Source: a virus
Lineage: Duplodnaviria; Heunggongvirae; Uroviricota; Caudoviricetes
Strand: one strand, 5' to 3'
DNA: 64,000 nucleotides
IMG/VR virus record: IMGVR_UViG_3300033155_000407
How positions within the stretch are numbered: position 1 is the stretch's first letter; every line of letters begins with the position of its first letter. The position numbers and the translations under genes were made by a program. The notes below the pieces were generated by a model. It worked only from the letters and a program-made list of their open reading frames with translations, did not search any database and was not told the DNA's origin. This document shows positions 16,320-26,700 of this stretch, in pieces.

Positions 16320-19300
16320 TCTAAAAGTATTTTTAAAAGCCGTCGGGATAAAACCCACTACTAAAGATTTAAAAGCTCTTAATGCTCAAATGGGTATTAC
16401 TGAAAAGAAAACTCGAGCCGTTAGTAAATCCGCCGGTGAATTAGACAGAAATATCAAGGGTACTGCGCAGATTACTAGTAATACAACTAAGGCATTCGCT
16501 AAACAATCTCAGGGTATGGGTGGTTTAATACAATCTTACGCTATAGTTGCTGCTCACGTATTTGCACTTAGCGCAGCTTTCCTAGTGTTACGTCGTACAG
16601 CAGATTTAAGTAGTATGATCAAGTCCGCTGAAAACTTCAGTACTAGATTTGGCGTTAGCGTTACACGTATCACTAAGCAAATGCAAGAAGCTAGTGGTGG
16701 TGCACTATCTTTTGCAGAGGCTTTACCTATTATTAACAAAGCGGTTTCTGCTGGGGTTCCAATTGAAAAAATGGAAGCTCTTACTAAAGCTGCTACTAAA
16801 GCTGCTCAAACTTTTGGTGGTTCTGCTACTGAAGCTTTAAATAGATTCATTAGTGCTTCACAGCGTGGTCGTGTGGAAATAATTCAAACACTAGGTGTTG
16901 TAATTAAAACTGAGGACGCATATAAAAGATACGCCGCTCAAATAGGAAAAACAGCACTAGAATTATCTGCCTTCGATAGACAACAAGCTATTCTAAATGC
17001 TACTATAGAAGCTAGTCAAAGTGTTTTCGACGGAGTAAAAATAGACCCTAATCCTTTCCAACAGTTACTAACTACTATTATAGATTTAAAAGATTCATTT
17101 GGAGTACTTCTTACAGATTTTCTAACTCCTATGATAGATCTATTTAATAAGTCTAAACTAGCCGCTGCAGGTTTTATAGGGGTAATAATACAAATAGTAT
17201 CCAGTCAATTATTTTCTGGAGCAGGTCAATTTTTCAAAGGCGTAGCAGCGTCGGGGCAAAAAGCTACTAGAGAAGTTAGAGCTTTAGGGAAGGCTAGTGA
17301 AGAAGTAGCAAAGAAGAGAGCAGCGGCCAATAAACTTGTTGCTACGGGTAGTACTAAATCCTTAAAAAGAGAAGTGTCGACTTTTGAAAATGCTCAAAGA
17401 AAAAAGGTAAATGCTCACGCTGACTTTGTAAAGAAAATTTTAACTCAAGAAGGTAAACTAAACAAGGGCGTATTATCTGGTAGAACTCTTGCATTACAGG
17501 CTAATATAGCAAATTTGAAAAAGGGTGGAAAAGGGGTTAAAGGTTTAGGTTCTATAGAAAGTTCCCAAAGACAATTAGCAGTATTAAAAGAACTTGCTTT
17601 ACGCGAAAAAATTGTAGGAACTTCTGCAGTAGCAAAAGGTTTTGATAGACAGGCTGCGGCAGCAAAAAGATTAACAGGTACTTTAGCTGTACTAAGTGCT
17701 AAACACGGTACGCTCAATATTTCAGTTAAAAAGGTAACTTCTGATATTAAAACAGGTTTTGCCCAAGGTTTTCAAATAGCTGAAGGTAGAGTAAGAAAAT
17801 CTATGAGGGGTATGTTGGTTGGTTGGAAAAAATTCGGCAGAGGTATGACTCAAGGTACACAAGGTATAAATACTAACTTATCAAACTTAGGAAAAGCTGT
17901 AGGTAGAACTGGTGGAATAATTGCGGGAATTGGTTCAAAAATACTTTCAAATTTGGGGTTATATATATTTGCGTTTACAATACTTAAATCAGCCTATACT
18001 TTTCTTGTAGATGCCCTTAATAAGGTAACTCCTGAACAGAAATTAATTAATGACGCTACAGAAGACTTTAAGGAGGGGATGGAGGCTGCCAACGTAACAT
18101 TAGCGAAAGGTATAGAACTATGGGGAGACAAGGCACCTAGTTCTTTAAAAGAATTTGGAGATTCCTTTACCTTTATAGGGGGAATTTTTGAAAGTGTGGC
18201 CAACGAAGTTAATAGATTTTCGCAGAAATCAGTAAAAGCCCTAGACGGTTTAACTGTAGACGGGGCATTAAAGGAATTAAATAAGTTAAACGCCAGAAGT
18301 CAAGAGTTACGAGCAAGCCCCAAACAAGAATTCGCATTAGGTTTACCGGAAGAAGGTACTACTACTACCATATCATTAGAAGCTCGTCGAGAACTTACAC
18401 AAACTACCCTTGCAGCAGAAAAACTAAATTCCACTTTAATAGGTATAGGTCAGGCTGATATCCTAAGTTCGTTAATAAATCAATTTAAATCTGCTACTGG
18501 TTTTGCTGAAGATCTTGGCATTGTGTATACTGAAGTATTTTTAGAAAGTGCTAAAGTATTTAGCGGTTTAAATTCAGAAATAGGGGTGTTCAATGCTTTA
18601 CAGTTGAGAGGATTAGCTGTAGCGGGAGATTGGGACGCTTTAAGATCTAGAGTTAGTGAGTTAAAAGAAGAATTTAAGGATAATGGGGCAGCTCTAGTTT
18701 TATTAAATACACTCACTATTAAGTTCTTTTCTAGCGCATCGGGGGAGATAACTAGTTTAAGTAGAAGCGCAGCTAATAGCTTAAAACAACTACAAGAAGT
18801 ATCTGTAAATTTCAATACCTTTCAATTAGGTCTAGAAAAATTAAAGTCTCAAAAATCTCCTTTTAAGGAAGTTTTTGGTTTTGCAATATCTGCGGAAAGA
18901 GCACTAAGAGATTTAATAGAAGTACAAAATGTCGCACCTAGTAAAACACTAGAAGAAGCTTTTGCTACAGGGGAGATATCTAAAGATCTAGAAGGTATAG
19001 CTGCACTATTAGGTAGTGGAAAACTTACATTAAAAGAAGCAGTTGCAGAAGCTGAGAGACAAAGAAAAATCTTCCAAGAACAACTAGAATTTCAACTGTT
19101 AGGTACTAAAAGATTAAAAGTTTTAAGTACTGATTTGGCTACTTTAAAATTAAAAGAAATTAAAAGTGACGAAGCTAGATTATCTATTATAACTGCCATA
19201 GAAAGTAAAGAAAAAGATATAAACACACAAAAACTAGCTCAGGCTGTATCTAATAGAAATGCAGCTCAAACTATAGTAGATAGCAGCAGTAAAGCAAATC

Positions 19301-20736
19301 TAGCAGACGCGGAAGCGACCTTAGCTGTATTTGAGGCAGAAGTAAGATCTTTAATAGAAAGGGGTAGAGTACTAGCTGCAAGTACTAAGAGAGAACAGGA
19401 AAGGCTAAAAATAGTTAGAGAAGTAATAAGTAACGATCAAGCTATACTGGCGGCAAGAAAATCTGTATCAAATATCAACAAAAAATTAGTCACTAGCACT
19501 GTAGCTTTCCTAGCCGAATCAAAAAAGATTTTCCTATTAGATAAGCAAAGATTAGCTAATAGTGTAAAAGATATAGAAGCTAGAAAGGAACAAATTTTAA
19601 TAGAACAAGACGCGGGCCCTTCTCGCGAAAGAGCCTTAGCTTTAGAAGAAGAAAAACTACTAGTATTAGAAGCTCAATCTAGAGAACTAGAACGTCAACA
19701 AATGAGCCGTAGAGCTAGAGAGGATGAACAAATCGGGGGTCTTACTGTATTTTCTGAAGAGGGTATAGGGAAAACTGTGGATTTCTTTATCATAGCTATG
19801 CAACAGGGTGTCAATAAACTAAAAAGCACCTTCGAAATACTAGGAAAAGGTTTTGCGGATACTATTAATGCTACCTTCGATAAAGCGGTAGACAACTTAC
19901 TGGAGGGCGGCCACGACTTTGGGCGTGCAGTAATAGAAACCTTGAAAGAGGGATTAAGGGAAACTTTTGGGGAAGCATTAAAGTCCAGAATTAGAGATTC
20001 ATTGAATACTATATTTAGCTCTGGTAGAGGAGACGAAAGTTTAAATAAACAACTACAAGCCTCTGAACAACTTACTTCAACTACTAAATTAAATACTTTT
20101 GCCTTAAACAAACTTACTACAGAACTTAAGGGTAATAGTGTACTTCCCAGTGGAGTAAAACCTGTCGAACAGGCTAAAGATTCAATTATAGCGCCTTTAA
20201 GTGATGTTTTAAGTGATAAATTAAATTTCGGAAAAACAGAAGATACTTTAGCAAGTATACAAGGTGTACTTGGTGAATCTAAAGATATAACTAAACAAGG
20301 CTTCTTAGATAATATAAAAACGTTAGGATTACTATTATTTGAAATGATTAAACAGGGTGCGAAAGCAATAGCTGGGGGTATAGGTTCGCTCTTTGGATTC
20401 GGTACTGGTGGTATTGCATCTGGAGGTTTCTCAAGTATACCTAAATTAGCCGCTGGCGCGATAGCTACTGGTCCAAATTTAGCTTTAATAGGTGAAGGTA
20501 GTAGAAATGAGGCGGTAGTACCACTACCCAATAATAGAGAGATTCCCGTAGATCTAAAGGGTGCCGTAGGAGATACTGTAAACATCGAACAAAACTTTGA
20601 TTTCCGAGGGGCCTCAACTGACGCTATACCACTATTAAGACAAGAAGCAAGAGCTATAGAAGATAGAACATTCGCTAGAGTATTTTCAGAAATCAACCGT
20701 GGCGGTAGAGCTGCACAAATAACAGGACGTAGATAA
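16306..20736 (+). CDS. tail tape measure protein
   Basis: 1476 aa, largely alpha-helical and repetitive, GTG start with an AAGGA RBS; the position fits. Confidence 0.85.
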   Translation: MAQVDLKVFLKAVGIKPTTKDLKALNAQMGITEKKTRAVSKSAGELDRNIKGTAQITSNTTKAFAKQSQGMGGLIQSYAIVAAHVFALSAAFLVLRRTADLSSMIKSAENFSTRFGVSVTRITKQMQEASGGALSFAEALPIINKAVSAGVPIEKMEALTKAATKAAQTFGGSATEALNRFISASQRGRVEIIQTLGVVIKTEDAYKRYAAQIGKTALELSAFDRQQAILNATIEASQSVFDGVKIDPNPFQQLLTTIIDLKDSFGVLLTDFLTPMIDLFNKSKLAAAGFIGVIIQIVSSQLFSGAGQFFKGVAASGQKATREVRALGKASEEVAKKRAAANKLVATGSTKSLKREVSTFENAQRKKVNAHADFVKKILTQEGKLNKGVLSGRTLALQANIANLKKGGKGVKGLGSIESSQRQLAVLKELALREKIVGTSAVAKGFDRQAAAAKRLTGTLAVLSAKHGTLNISVKKVTSDIKTGFAQGFQIAEGRVRKSMRGMLVGWKKFGRGMTQGTQGINTNLSNLGKAVGRTGGIIAGIGSKILSNLGLYIFAFTILKSAYTFLVDALNKVTPEQKLINDATEDFKEGMEAANVTLAKGIELWGDKAPSSLKEFGDSFTFIGGIFESVANEVNRFSQKSVKALDGLTVDGALKELNKLNARSQELRASPKQEFALGLPEEGTTTTISLEARRELTQTTLAAEKLNSTLIGIGQADILSSLINQFKSATGFAEDLGIVYTEVFLESAKVFSGLNSEIGVFNALQLRGLAVAGDWDALRSRVSELKEEFKDNGAALVLLNTLTIKFFSSASGEITSLSRSAANSLKQLQEVSVNFNTFQLGLEKLKSQKSPFKEVFGFAISAERALRDLIEVQNVAPSKTLEEAFATGEISKDLEGIAALLGSGKLTLKEAVAEAERQRKIFQEQLEFQLLGTKRLKVLSTDLATLKLKEIKSDEARLSIITAIESKEKDINTQKLAQAVSNRNAAQTIVDSSSKANLADAEATLAVFEAEVRSLIERGRVLAASTKREQERLKIVREVISNDQAILAARKSVSNINKKLVTSTVAFLAESKKIFLLDKQRLANSVKDIEARKEQILIEQDAGPSRERALALEEEKLLVLEAQSRELERQQMSRRAREDEQIGGLTVFSEEGIGKTVDFFIIAMQQGVNKLKSTFEILGKGFADTINATFDKAVDNLLEGGHDFGRAVIETLKEGLRETFGEALKSRIRDSLNTIFSSGRGDESLNKQLQASEQLTSTTKLNTFALNKLTTELKGNSVLPSGVKPVEQAKDSIIAPLSDVLSDKLNFGKTEDTLASIQGVLGESKDITKQGFLDNIKTLGLLLFEMIKQGAKAIAGGIGSLFGFGTGGIASGGFSSIPKLAAGAIATGPNLALIGEGSRNEAVVPLPNNREIPVDLKGAVGDTVNIEQNFDFRGASTDAIPLLRQEARAIEDRTFARVFSEINRGGRAAQITGRR

Positions 20737-21344
20737 TGGCAGCAATAGCTTTTCCTAGTATAGAGGCAGAGATACAAGATTTTGGTATATCTTATAATAC
20801 ACAAGTATCAAGTTCAGATATAAGTGGTGTTACACAAACCGTAGAATTACCAGGTGCACGGTGGGCAGGTAGTCTTAGTTATAGAGATATGACAGTAGTC
20901 GAATCCGCAACTCTAAAAAAGTTTTTATTGCAGTTAAGGGGTTCCTCGGGAAGATTCTTTTACGGAGATCGTACTCATACTGATCCATTTAATGTTGTAA
21001 CTGGTAGCCCAACTGTAACGGTTGTAGCGGGTAATAGAGGATTGATAAGAGTAACGTTGGGGGGTGGAAGCCCTGTATTCTCCCCCGGAGACTTCATTCA
21101 GATAGGTATCGATGACCAAAGAGAATTAAAGATGGTTCTAGCTTCAGCTATTGTATCGGGGGATACACATGAGCTAACTATAGAACCTTTAATAAGAAGA
21201 AATATTTATTCAGGGCAAAACGTAGTATATACTAGTCCTACAGGGGTATTTATGTTAAGTGCAAGTGATCAGGCTAAATGGGCATCAAGAACTAAGGCTC
21301 AATTATCTGATATGAGTATAAGTTTTATAGAGGTATTCTCGTGA
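20736..21344 (+). CDS. distal tail protein (gpM/Dit position)
   Basis: 202 aa directly after the TMP; the assignment is positional. Confidence 0.45.
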   Translation: MAAIAFPSIEAEIQDFGISYNTQVSSSDISGVTQTVELPGARWAGSLSYRDMTVVESATLKKFLLQLRGSSGRFFYGDRTHTDPFNVVTGSPTVTVVAGNRGLIRVTLGGGSPVFSPGDFIQIGIDDQRELKMVLASAIVSGDTHELTIEPLIRRNIYSGQNVVYTSPTGVFMLSASDQAKWASRTKAQLSDMSISFIEVFS

Positions 21345-22396
21345 TAAAGACCGTTAACTCTACAGTACAAGCTTCACTAGATAGTGAGAGTTTAGCTGGT
21401 GTAGTATTGGCTAAATTAGATTTTAGCCCTGCTGTAAGGTATACTAATGCTTATCAAAGTATTTACTGGGACGAAGCCGGTGGTGGAGAATTAGAGTATA
21501 TAGGTCTAGGAAATCTGGCAAGTATGTCCGTACTTAATGAGACTAGTGAGTTGGGTGCTACTACTATTCAATTAACTTTATCTGGTATTCCTAATGCTTC
21601 TATTACAGATATATTTAGTAATGAATATATTGGTAAACCCCTACAAGTATGGTATGCTACACTTGATAAAGATACTTATGCAGTAGAAGGGGGACAAAAT
21701 GGCCCAGTACTATTATTTGCAGGTAGAATGGATTTTGGTAATATAGAATTTGGGGAAACAGCAACAATAACAGTAAATGCAACTTCTAGGCTAGCAGATT
21801 GGGAAAGACCAAGGGGTGGACGATTTAATCATGCCTACCAAACTAGACACGTAGATGCTACTGATTTAGGTTTTAGGTGGGTTCAGGGTATACAAGATAA
21901 AATAATAAGTTGGGGTGGGGTTACTGTTGGAGATCCTGGTAATGGTCAAGATGATAGATTTAACGATATGTGCCCACATTGTTGCTTTACACCTGATACA
22001 CTTATTACAATGGCTGATGGAACTACACAAACAATCAATTTAGTACAATTAGGTGATTGGATTAAAGTAGTAACGGGTGTGGAAGAAGTGACTGATATTA
22101 TTACAAGAACAAACCGTCTTATGTATAAAATTACTTTTGAAGATAATACAATATTGAAAGCTTCTGAAGATCACCCACTATTTGTAGAGCATAAGGGTTT
22201 TGCTTCTATCAATCCAGATCCTAATATTAGTTATAAAGATCTTGGAGTTGCGAAACAGTTAGAAGTTGGAGACAGTGTAAAAACTGTAACTGGAGATACA
22301 GTTAAAATTATAGAAATGAAAACTATTCATTATCCAGAAACGGTGTATACATTTAGTAATTCGCGATTCTATGCAAATGGTGCACTAGTATACTAA
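21341..22396 (+). CDS. gpL-like tail tip protein with a C-terminal Hint (Hedgehog/intein-like) domain
   Basis: The N-terminal 200 aa resemble lambda gpL; from C215 (nt 21983) the sequence CFTPDTLITMADGTTQTINLVQLGDWIKV...SEDHPLFV... matches intein blocks A and B; the protein ends ...FYANGALVY. Confidence 0.6.
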   Translation: MIKTVNSTVQASLDSESLAGVVLAKLDFSPAVRYTNAYQSIYWDEAGGGELEYIGLGNLASMSVLNETSELGATTIQLTLSGIPNASITDIFSNEYIGKPLQVWYATLDKDTYAVEGGQNGPVLLFAGRMDFGNIEFGETATITVNATSRLADWERPRGGRFNHAYQTRHVDATDLGFRWVQGIQDKIISWGGVTVGDPGNGQDDRFNDMCPHCCFTPDTLITMADGTTQTINLVQLGDWIKVVTGVEEVTDIITRTNRLMYKITFEDNTILKASEDHPLFVEHKGFASINPDPNISYKDLGVAKQLEVGDSVKTVTGDTVKIIEMKTIHYPETVYTFSNSRFYANGALVY

Positions 22397-22797
22397 TGAA
22401 GAATTTAACTGATATTATATATCAATATAAAGACACAGAATTTAGTTGGGGAAATTTAGATTGCTGTATATTTACTGTAAAAGTAGTTGAAGAATACAAA
22501 GACATAACTCTTCCACTTTGGAGAGATGTAGTAACATATAAAAAAGAAAAGGGAGCAATGAAAGCTTTAATTAAATTAGGATGTAAAAGTATAGTAGATT
22601 TACCCTCTATTATTTTAAATACACCTAAAAAAGATATTTCACAAGTAAAATTAGGTTACCCAGTATACTATATTAATGAAGACAACATTGGTATACTTGG
22701 TGTATGCAATGGTGTTAGAACTTACTTCTTACAAAAAGGTGGGGGTCTAACAGCTAGAAATACGCAGGACTGTAAATATTGTTGGAGTATTGATTAA
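22396..22797 (+). CDS. hypothetical tail tip protein (gpK position; no His, so not an active NlpC/P60)
   Basis: 133-aa ORF between the L-like and I/J-like genes. Confidence 0.4.
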   Translation: MKNLTDIIYQYKDTEFSWGNLDCCIFTVKVVEEYKDITLPLWRDVVTYKKEKGAMKALIKLGCKSIVDLPSIILNTPKKDISQVKLGYPVYYINEDNIGILGVCNGVRTYFLQKGGGLTARNTQDCKYCWSID

Positions 22798-25700
22798 TGG
22801 TAACTGCAGCAGTTTTAGTAAATCTTTTTGTTGGTGGCGGAGCAGTAGCCGCGGCAGGTTTTGCGGGCATAGGTTTTGCAATTGGAGCTATAGTAATCAA
22901 TTTAGCTATAGCTGCTTTACTGGGGAAAATATTAGCACCAGATGCACCTAAAAGTGGTAGAGATACTAAGGGTATACAAAATGTAATTCGTAGCAATATA
23001 ATGCCACGTAGAATTATATACGGAGAAGCTGTAACTGGTGGACCCTATGCTGTATTAGAAACTATAGGTATTACTAATAGTATATTAAATATGGTTGTAG
23101 TAATATCTGCTCATCCTGTAGAAGATATTATTGGTGTATTTATAGATGACCAATACGTAAATATATCGGGTAAAACTAGTGGTTCTACCAATATTGATTC
23201 TAATGATTTAGATGTTAATTATTTCCTAAATACTGGGAAGTTTGGTACCGGTGCGGCCGAAGAGCACGTTAAAATTATTAAAGTTAATGGTTGGGGATTT
23301 GCAGATAATCAATATGTAACTGATGGGGGAACATCTACAGAAGCTGCGAGAGATAGAATTAAGGCCGGTTTAATACAAACCGCATTAACTACAGCATGGG
23401 GTGGAGCAGGAGCAACTAGAGACAGCGGTACAGGTTTATATACAGATAGTGGATATAAACTTACTAACTGTGCATATATTTTTGTAAGTATTAAATTCAA
23501 CAGAGATGTGTGGTCTGGTTTTCCAAGATTAAAATTTCATGTAAAAGGTAAAAGACTTTATAATCCTGAACAAGATCCAACAAACTTCACGGCAGAAGGG
23601 GCTGACGTTGGTGGTACTCATGTATTAAATGATCCCGATACATATACATGGTCTGAAGATTGGTCGTTAAGTATATTAGATTATCTATTAAATACTTCCT
23701 ACGGTTTGGGAGCAAAAATTTCAGGAACATTAATAGAGATAAATTGGACAGAAATGATCCAATCTGTTTTGGATTCTTCGGCGGTTGTTGATACTGGAAT
23801 CGATGCGGCCACCTCAGCTAGATACACAACTAATGGAGTACTAGAAACTAATAGTACTCCTATTTCAAATATGGAAGCGATGCTTACTTCTGGGGGAGGA
23901 GAGTTAATATATGCACAAGGTGCTTATAAATTACGTCCAGCTATATACAGATTACCGGACTCAATAAATGATATCATAAACGAAGATATGATGGTATCCC
24001 CTTTAAGTATAAGAACACATACCCCTAGAGGGGACTTGTTTAACAAAGCTGCTGGAGTATTTACGGATAAAGGTACTCTACCTCTTAGACCTAAGTTTGA
24101 ACCTTCAGATTTTACAATAGTAGATCCATTAGATAGTTCTGGACTTAATCCTTTTGAAGTAATTGACGATGAAGAGATAATAAGAGAGTTTGACTTCCCC
24201 TTCACAATTAGGGATTTTGAAGCGCAAAGACTTGCTAGAATACAGTTAGAAAGGGTTAGAAGAGGTTTGGCAGTTACTTTTGAAGCTAACTTAAAAGTAT
24301 TGAAATTTTCAGTAGGGGACACTGTATACTTAGAAGTTCTTAGTAATTCTAAGTATGCTAATGAAAGCTTTTTTAATAGGCTAGGCTTAGATGATACAGT
24401 ACAAAATCGTCCAGAGGCGCCTTTTACCGCATACTATAAACAATTCAAAATAGTAGATATGCAGTATACCAAAGATGCAACAATTGAAGTATCAATGATT
24501 GAAGAAGCAGAAGAAATATATGACTGGAATGATGGGGACGCTAGTGCTACACCTAATGCTTTAGAATCAGAAATTATAGCAGATGATCCAACCGGCGTTG
24601 TATTACAACCGGATTGGTTTGTAGCTAGTCCACTGACTGTATTTACAGAAGTCACATCTGCTACTTCGGGTTCCACAGTTACTACTTTAGTAAGATGGAA
24701 TGCAGCAACTAGGGGTACATTGATAAATGCTGTAGATCAAGTACATATATCTTTCTACACTCTAGAATATGGCATAGTTACCAATCCTTCTCTAGTAGGG
24801 GAACTTAGAGTAGATACTTGGATTCCTGCGGGAAATAAAACTTCTGATCATAGTCAAATTTTACAGGGGCCCATCCCTTTAGAAACTTTATTTAAAGACG
24901 CAGCAGAATACGATTTTAGAGTTTCTGCCACTACTTATGGTGGTAGAACATCTCTTTGGGCTTACCATAGTACAGATATTGGAACAGATTATCTTCCTGG
25001 AACTCCTCCAGCTTCGGTTGTAGATACTTTCTATATTAAACCTATAAATGGTACCGCTATAAAAAATGGTTTAGGTACTCTAACTGTAGAGGCTCATTCT
25101 ATTGTAGGTGGAATAGATACTTTACTTTCAGCAGGTACTATTCAATTATATGTGGGAACTACCTTAGTAGAGGTAGCTTCTCCCGGTAACTTTACATCTC
25201 CTTCAGATGGCTATACTGGCACGTTTGATATAGATGATATAACAGGTAGTATAATAGTAGAATTAAAAGATGGTCCAGCAGGAACTATTCTAGATACTAT
25301 TACACTTGTAGATATTGATGATGGGTTAGCTGGGGGGGACGCATTTTACGGATATATAGAAGCAACTAATGGTTTAGCTTGGACTCAAGCAACTAATGGT
25401 GGAGCTTGGAATCCCGGATCACCTACTACTCAACTTGACTTCACTGTAGTTCAAAATGGGAATATAGTAGCTCAAGATGCTTATTTAGTTACTAGAGATG
25501 CAGCAGGATTATTAACTGGAAGCGCGGCCACTCACAGTGTTTCACCGGGAGATTTTGCCGATTCACCTGGAAATATAGCTATAGTTCCTAGTGGTAGTGG
25601 AACTCAAGCTTTTACTGTAGTATTTGAATATACTAATGGGACGGACGGAATCTCAGTAGGAGAAACAGTACTTACATCTGTGGGGGCAGATGATGGTATT

Positions 25701-25841
25701 GCAGGTGGCACTGGTGTAGCGGTACGTCATGTTAATATGTATAATCTTAATGATAATACTGTAGCAGATCCTACTGGGGGCACCTTTGCTATACCAATCT
25801 CAGGCACTAACGCTAGTGATGGTTGGACATTAAATGTATAG
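22797..25841 (+). CDS. central tail fibre / host specificity protein (fusion of a gpI C-terminal-like segment and a gpJ-like protein)
   Basis: The Gly-rich hydrophobic N-terminus and KILAPDAP...PRRIIYGEAVTG resemble the lambda gpI C-terminus; YNPEQDPTNF...SEDWSLSILDYLLNTSYGLGAKI resembles the conserved gpJ region; the C-terminus runs into the 264-bp repeat array and stops at a TAG created by a 25-nt deletion. Confidence 0.75.
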   Translation: MVTAAVLVNLFVGGGAVAAAGFAGIGFAIGAIVINLAIAALLGKILAPDAPKSGRDTKGIQNVIRSNIMPRRIIYGEAVTGGPYAVLETIGITNSILNMVVVISAHPVEDIIGVFIDDQYVNISGKTSGSTNIDSNDLDVNYFLNTGKFGTGAAEEHVKIIKVNGWGFADNQYVTDGGTSTEAARDRIKAGLIQTALTTAWGGAGATRDSGTGLYTDSGYKLTNCAYIFVSIKFNRDVWSGFPRLKFHVKGKRLYNPEQDPTNFTAEGADVGGTHVLNDPDTYTWSEDWSLSILDYLLNTSYGLGAKISGTLIEINWTEMIQSVLDSSAVVDTGIDAATSARYTTNGVLETNSTPISNMEAMLTSGGGELIYAQGAYKLRPAIYRLPDSINDIINEDMMVSPLSIRTHTPRGDLFNKAAGVFTDKGTLPLRPKFEPSDFTIVDPLDSSGLNPFEVIDDEEIIREFDFPFTIRDFEAQRLARIQLERVRRGLAVTFEANLKVLKFSVGDTVYLEVLSNSKYANESFFNRLGLDDTVQNRPEAPFTAYYKQFKIVDMQYTKDATIEVSMIEEAEEIYDWNDGDASATPNALESEIIADDPTGVVLQPDWFVASPLTVFTEVTSATSGSTVTTLVRWNAATRGTLINAVDQVHISFYTLEYGIVTNPSLVGELRVDTWIPAGNKTSDHSQILQGPIPLETLFKDAAEYDFRVSATTYGGRTSLWAYHSTDIGTDYLPGTPPASVVDTFYIKPINGTAIKNGLGTLTVEAHSIVGGIDTLLSAGTIQLYVGTTLVEVASPGNFTSPSDGYTGTFDIDDITGSIIVELKDGPAGTILDTITLVDIDDGLAGGDAFYGYIEATNGLAWTQATNGGAWNPGSPTTQLDFTVVQNGNIVAQDAYLVTRDAAGLLTGSAATHSVSPGDFADSPGNIAIVPSGSGTQAFTVVFEYTNGTDGISVGETVLTSVGADDGIAGGTGVAVRHVNMYNLNDNTVADPTGGTFAIPISGTNASDGWTLNV

Positions 25842-26700
25842 TATATGTAACTACTAGAACATTTACAGATGATGCATCTTCACCACAGGATCCTAGTTGG
25901 TCTTCTACCTCTATATATGCTACAAGAGTAGATGGAGTAATAGGTCTTACCGGTCAAGCGGTACGTCATGTTAATATGTATAATCTTAATGATAATACTG
26001 TAGCAGATCCTACTGGGGGCACATTTAATACCCCAATCTCAGGCACTAATGCTAGTGATGGTTGGACATTAAATGTACCATCTTTGGCCTCAAATGGGGA
26101 CATAGTATATGTAACTACTAGAACATTTACAAATGATGCCGGATCTCCACAAGACCCTAGTTGGTCATCTACTTCTATATATGCCCAAAGAACTGATGGT
26201 GCTACCGGTGCTACTGGTGTAGCAACTCGTCATGTTAATATGTATAATCTTAATGATAATACTGTAGCAGATCCTACTGGGGGCACCTTTGCTATACCAA
26301 TCTCAGGCACTAACGCTAGTGATGGTTGGACATTAAATGTAATGCATCCTCTCCTCAAGACCCTAGTTGGTCAGCTACTTCTATATATGCTACAAGAGTA
26401 GATGGAGTAATAGGTCTTACCGGTCAAGCAGTACGTCATGTCAACATGTATAATCTTAATGATAATACTGTAGCAGATACTGCTGGGGGCACATTTAATA
26501 CCCCAATCTCCGGCACTAATGCTAGTGATGGTTGGACATTAAATGTACCATCTTTAGCATTAGATGGAGATATAGTATATGTAACTACTAGAACATTTAC
26601 AAATGATGCTGGATCTCCACAAGATCCTGCTTGGTCAGCCACTTCAATTTATGCTCAAAGAACGGATGGAGCTACTGGTGCTACTGGTGCTACAGGAGCA
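25698..26700 (+). repeat. tandem array of a 264-bp (88-aa) coding repeat, about 4.5 copies, two of them carrying deletions of 25 and 58 nt
   Basis: The unit-end motif ggttggacattaaatgta occurs at 25821-25838, 26060-26077, 26324-26341 and 26530-26547 (spacings 239, 264 and 206 nt). Confidence 0.85.
25820..26401 (+). pseudogene. repeat-only open frame linking the J-like gene to the giant fibre gene (frameshifted linker; no genuine start codon)
   Basis: The ORF-track M at 25823 is a TTG; the frame opens at 25820 immediately after a stop; its 192 aa are entirely repeat units. Confidence 0.4.

Noticed and set aside
19695-20804. 369-aa minus-strand ORF inside the tape measure gene, and similar antisense ORFs (16554..16739, 17445..17717, 23924..24322, 26721..27278, 28647..29465 and others)
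   Set aside because: These are shadow ORFs antisense to long, well-supported structural genes. They are Ser/Pro/Leu-rich artefacts of codon composition with no RBS or start context.
21983-22396. Canonical mobile intein (with homing endonuclease) interrupting a tail gene
   Set aside because: The Hint-like domains sit at the extreme C-termini with no C-extein, no block C-E endonuclease region and no terminal His-Asn followed by Cys/Ser/Thr. A Hedgehog/BIL-type processing domain fits better than a mobile intein.
22396-22797. gpK-like NlpC/P60 peptidase at the lambda K position
   Set aside because: The protein has Cys residues but no His at all, so the Cys-His-His catalytic triad cannot exist. 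It is kept only as a positional hypothetical.
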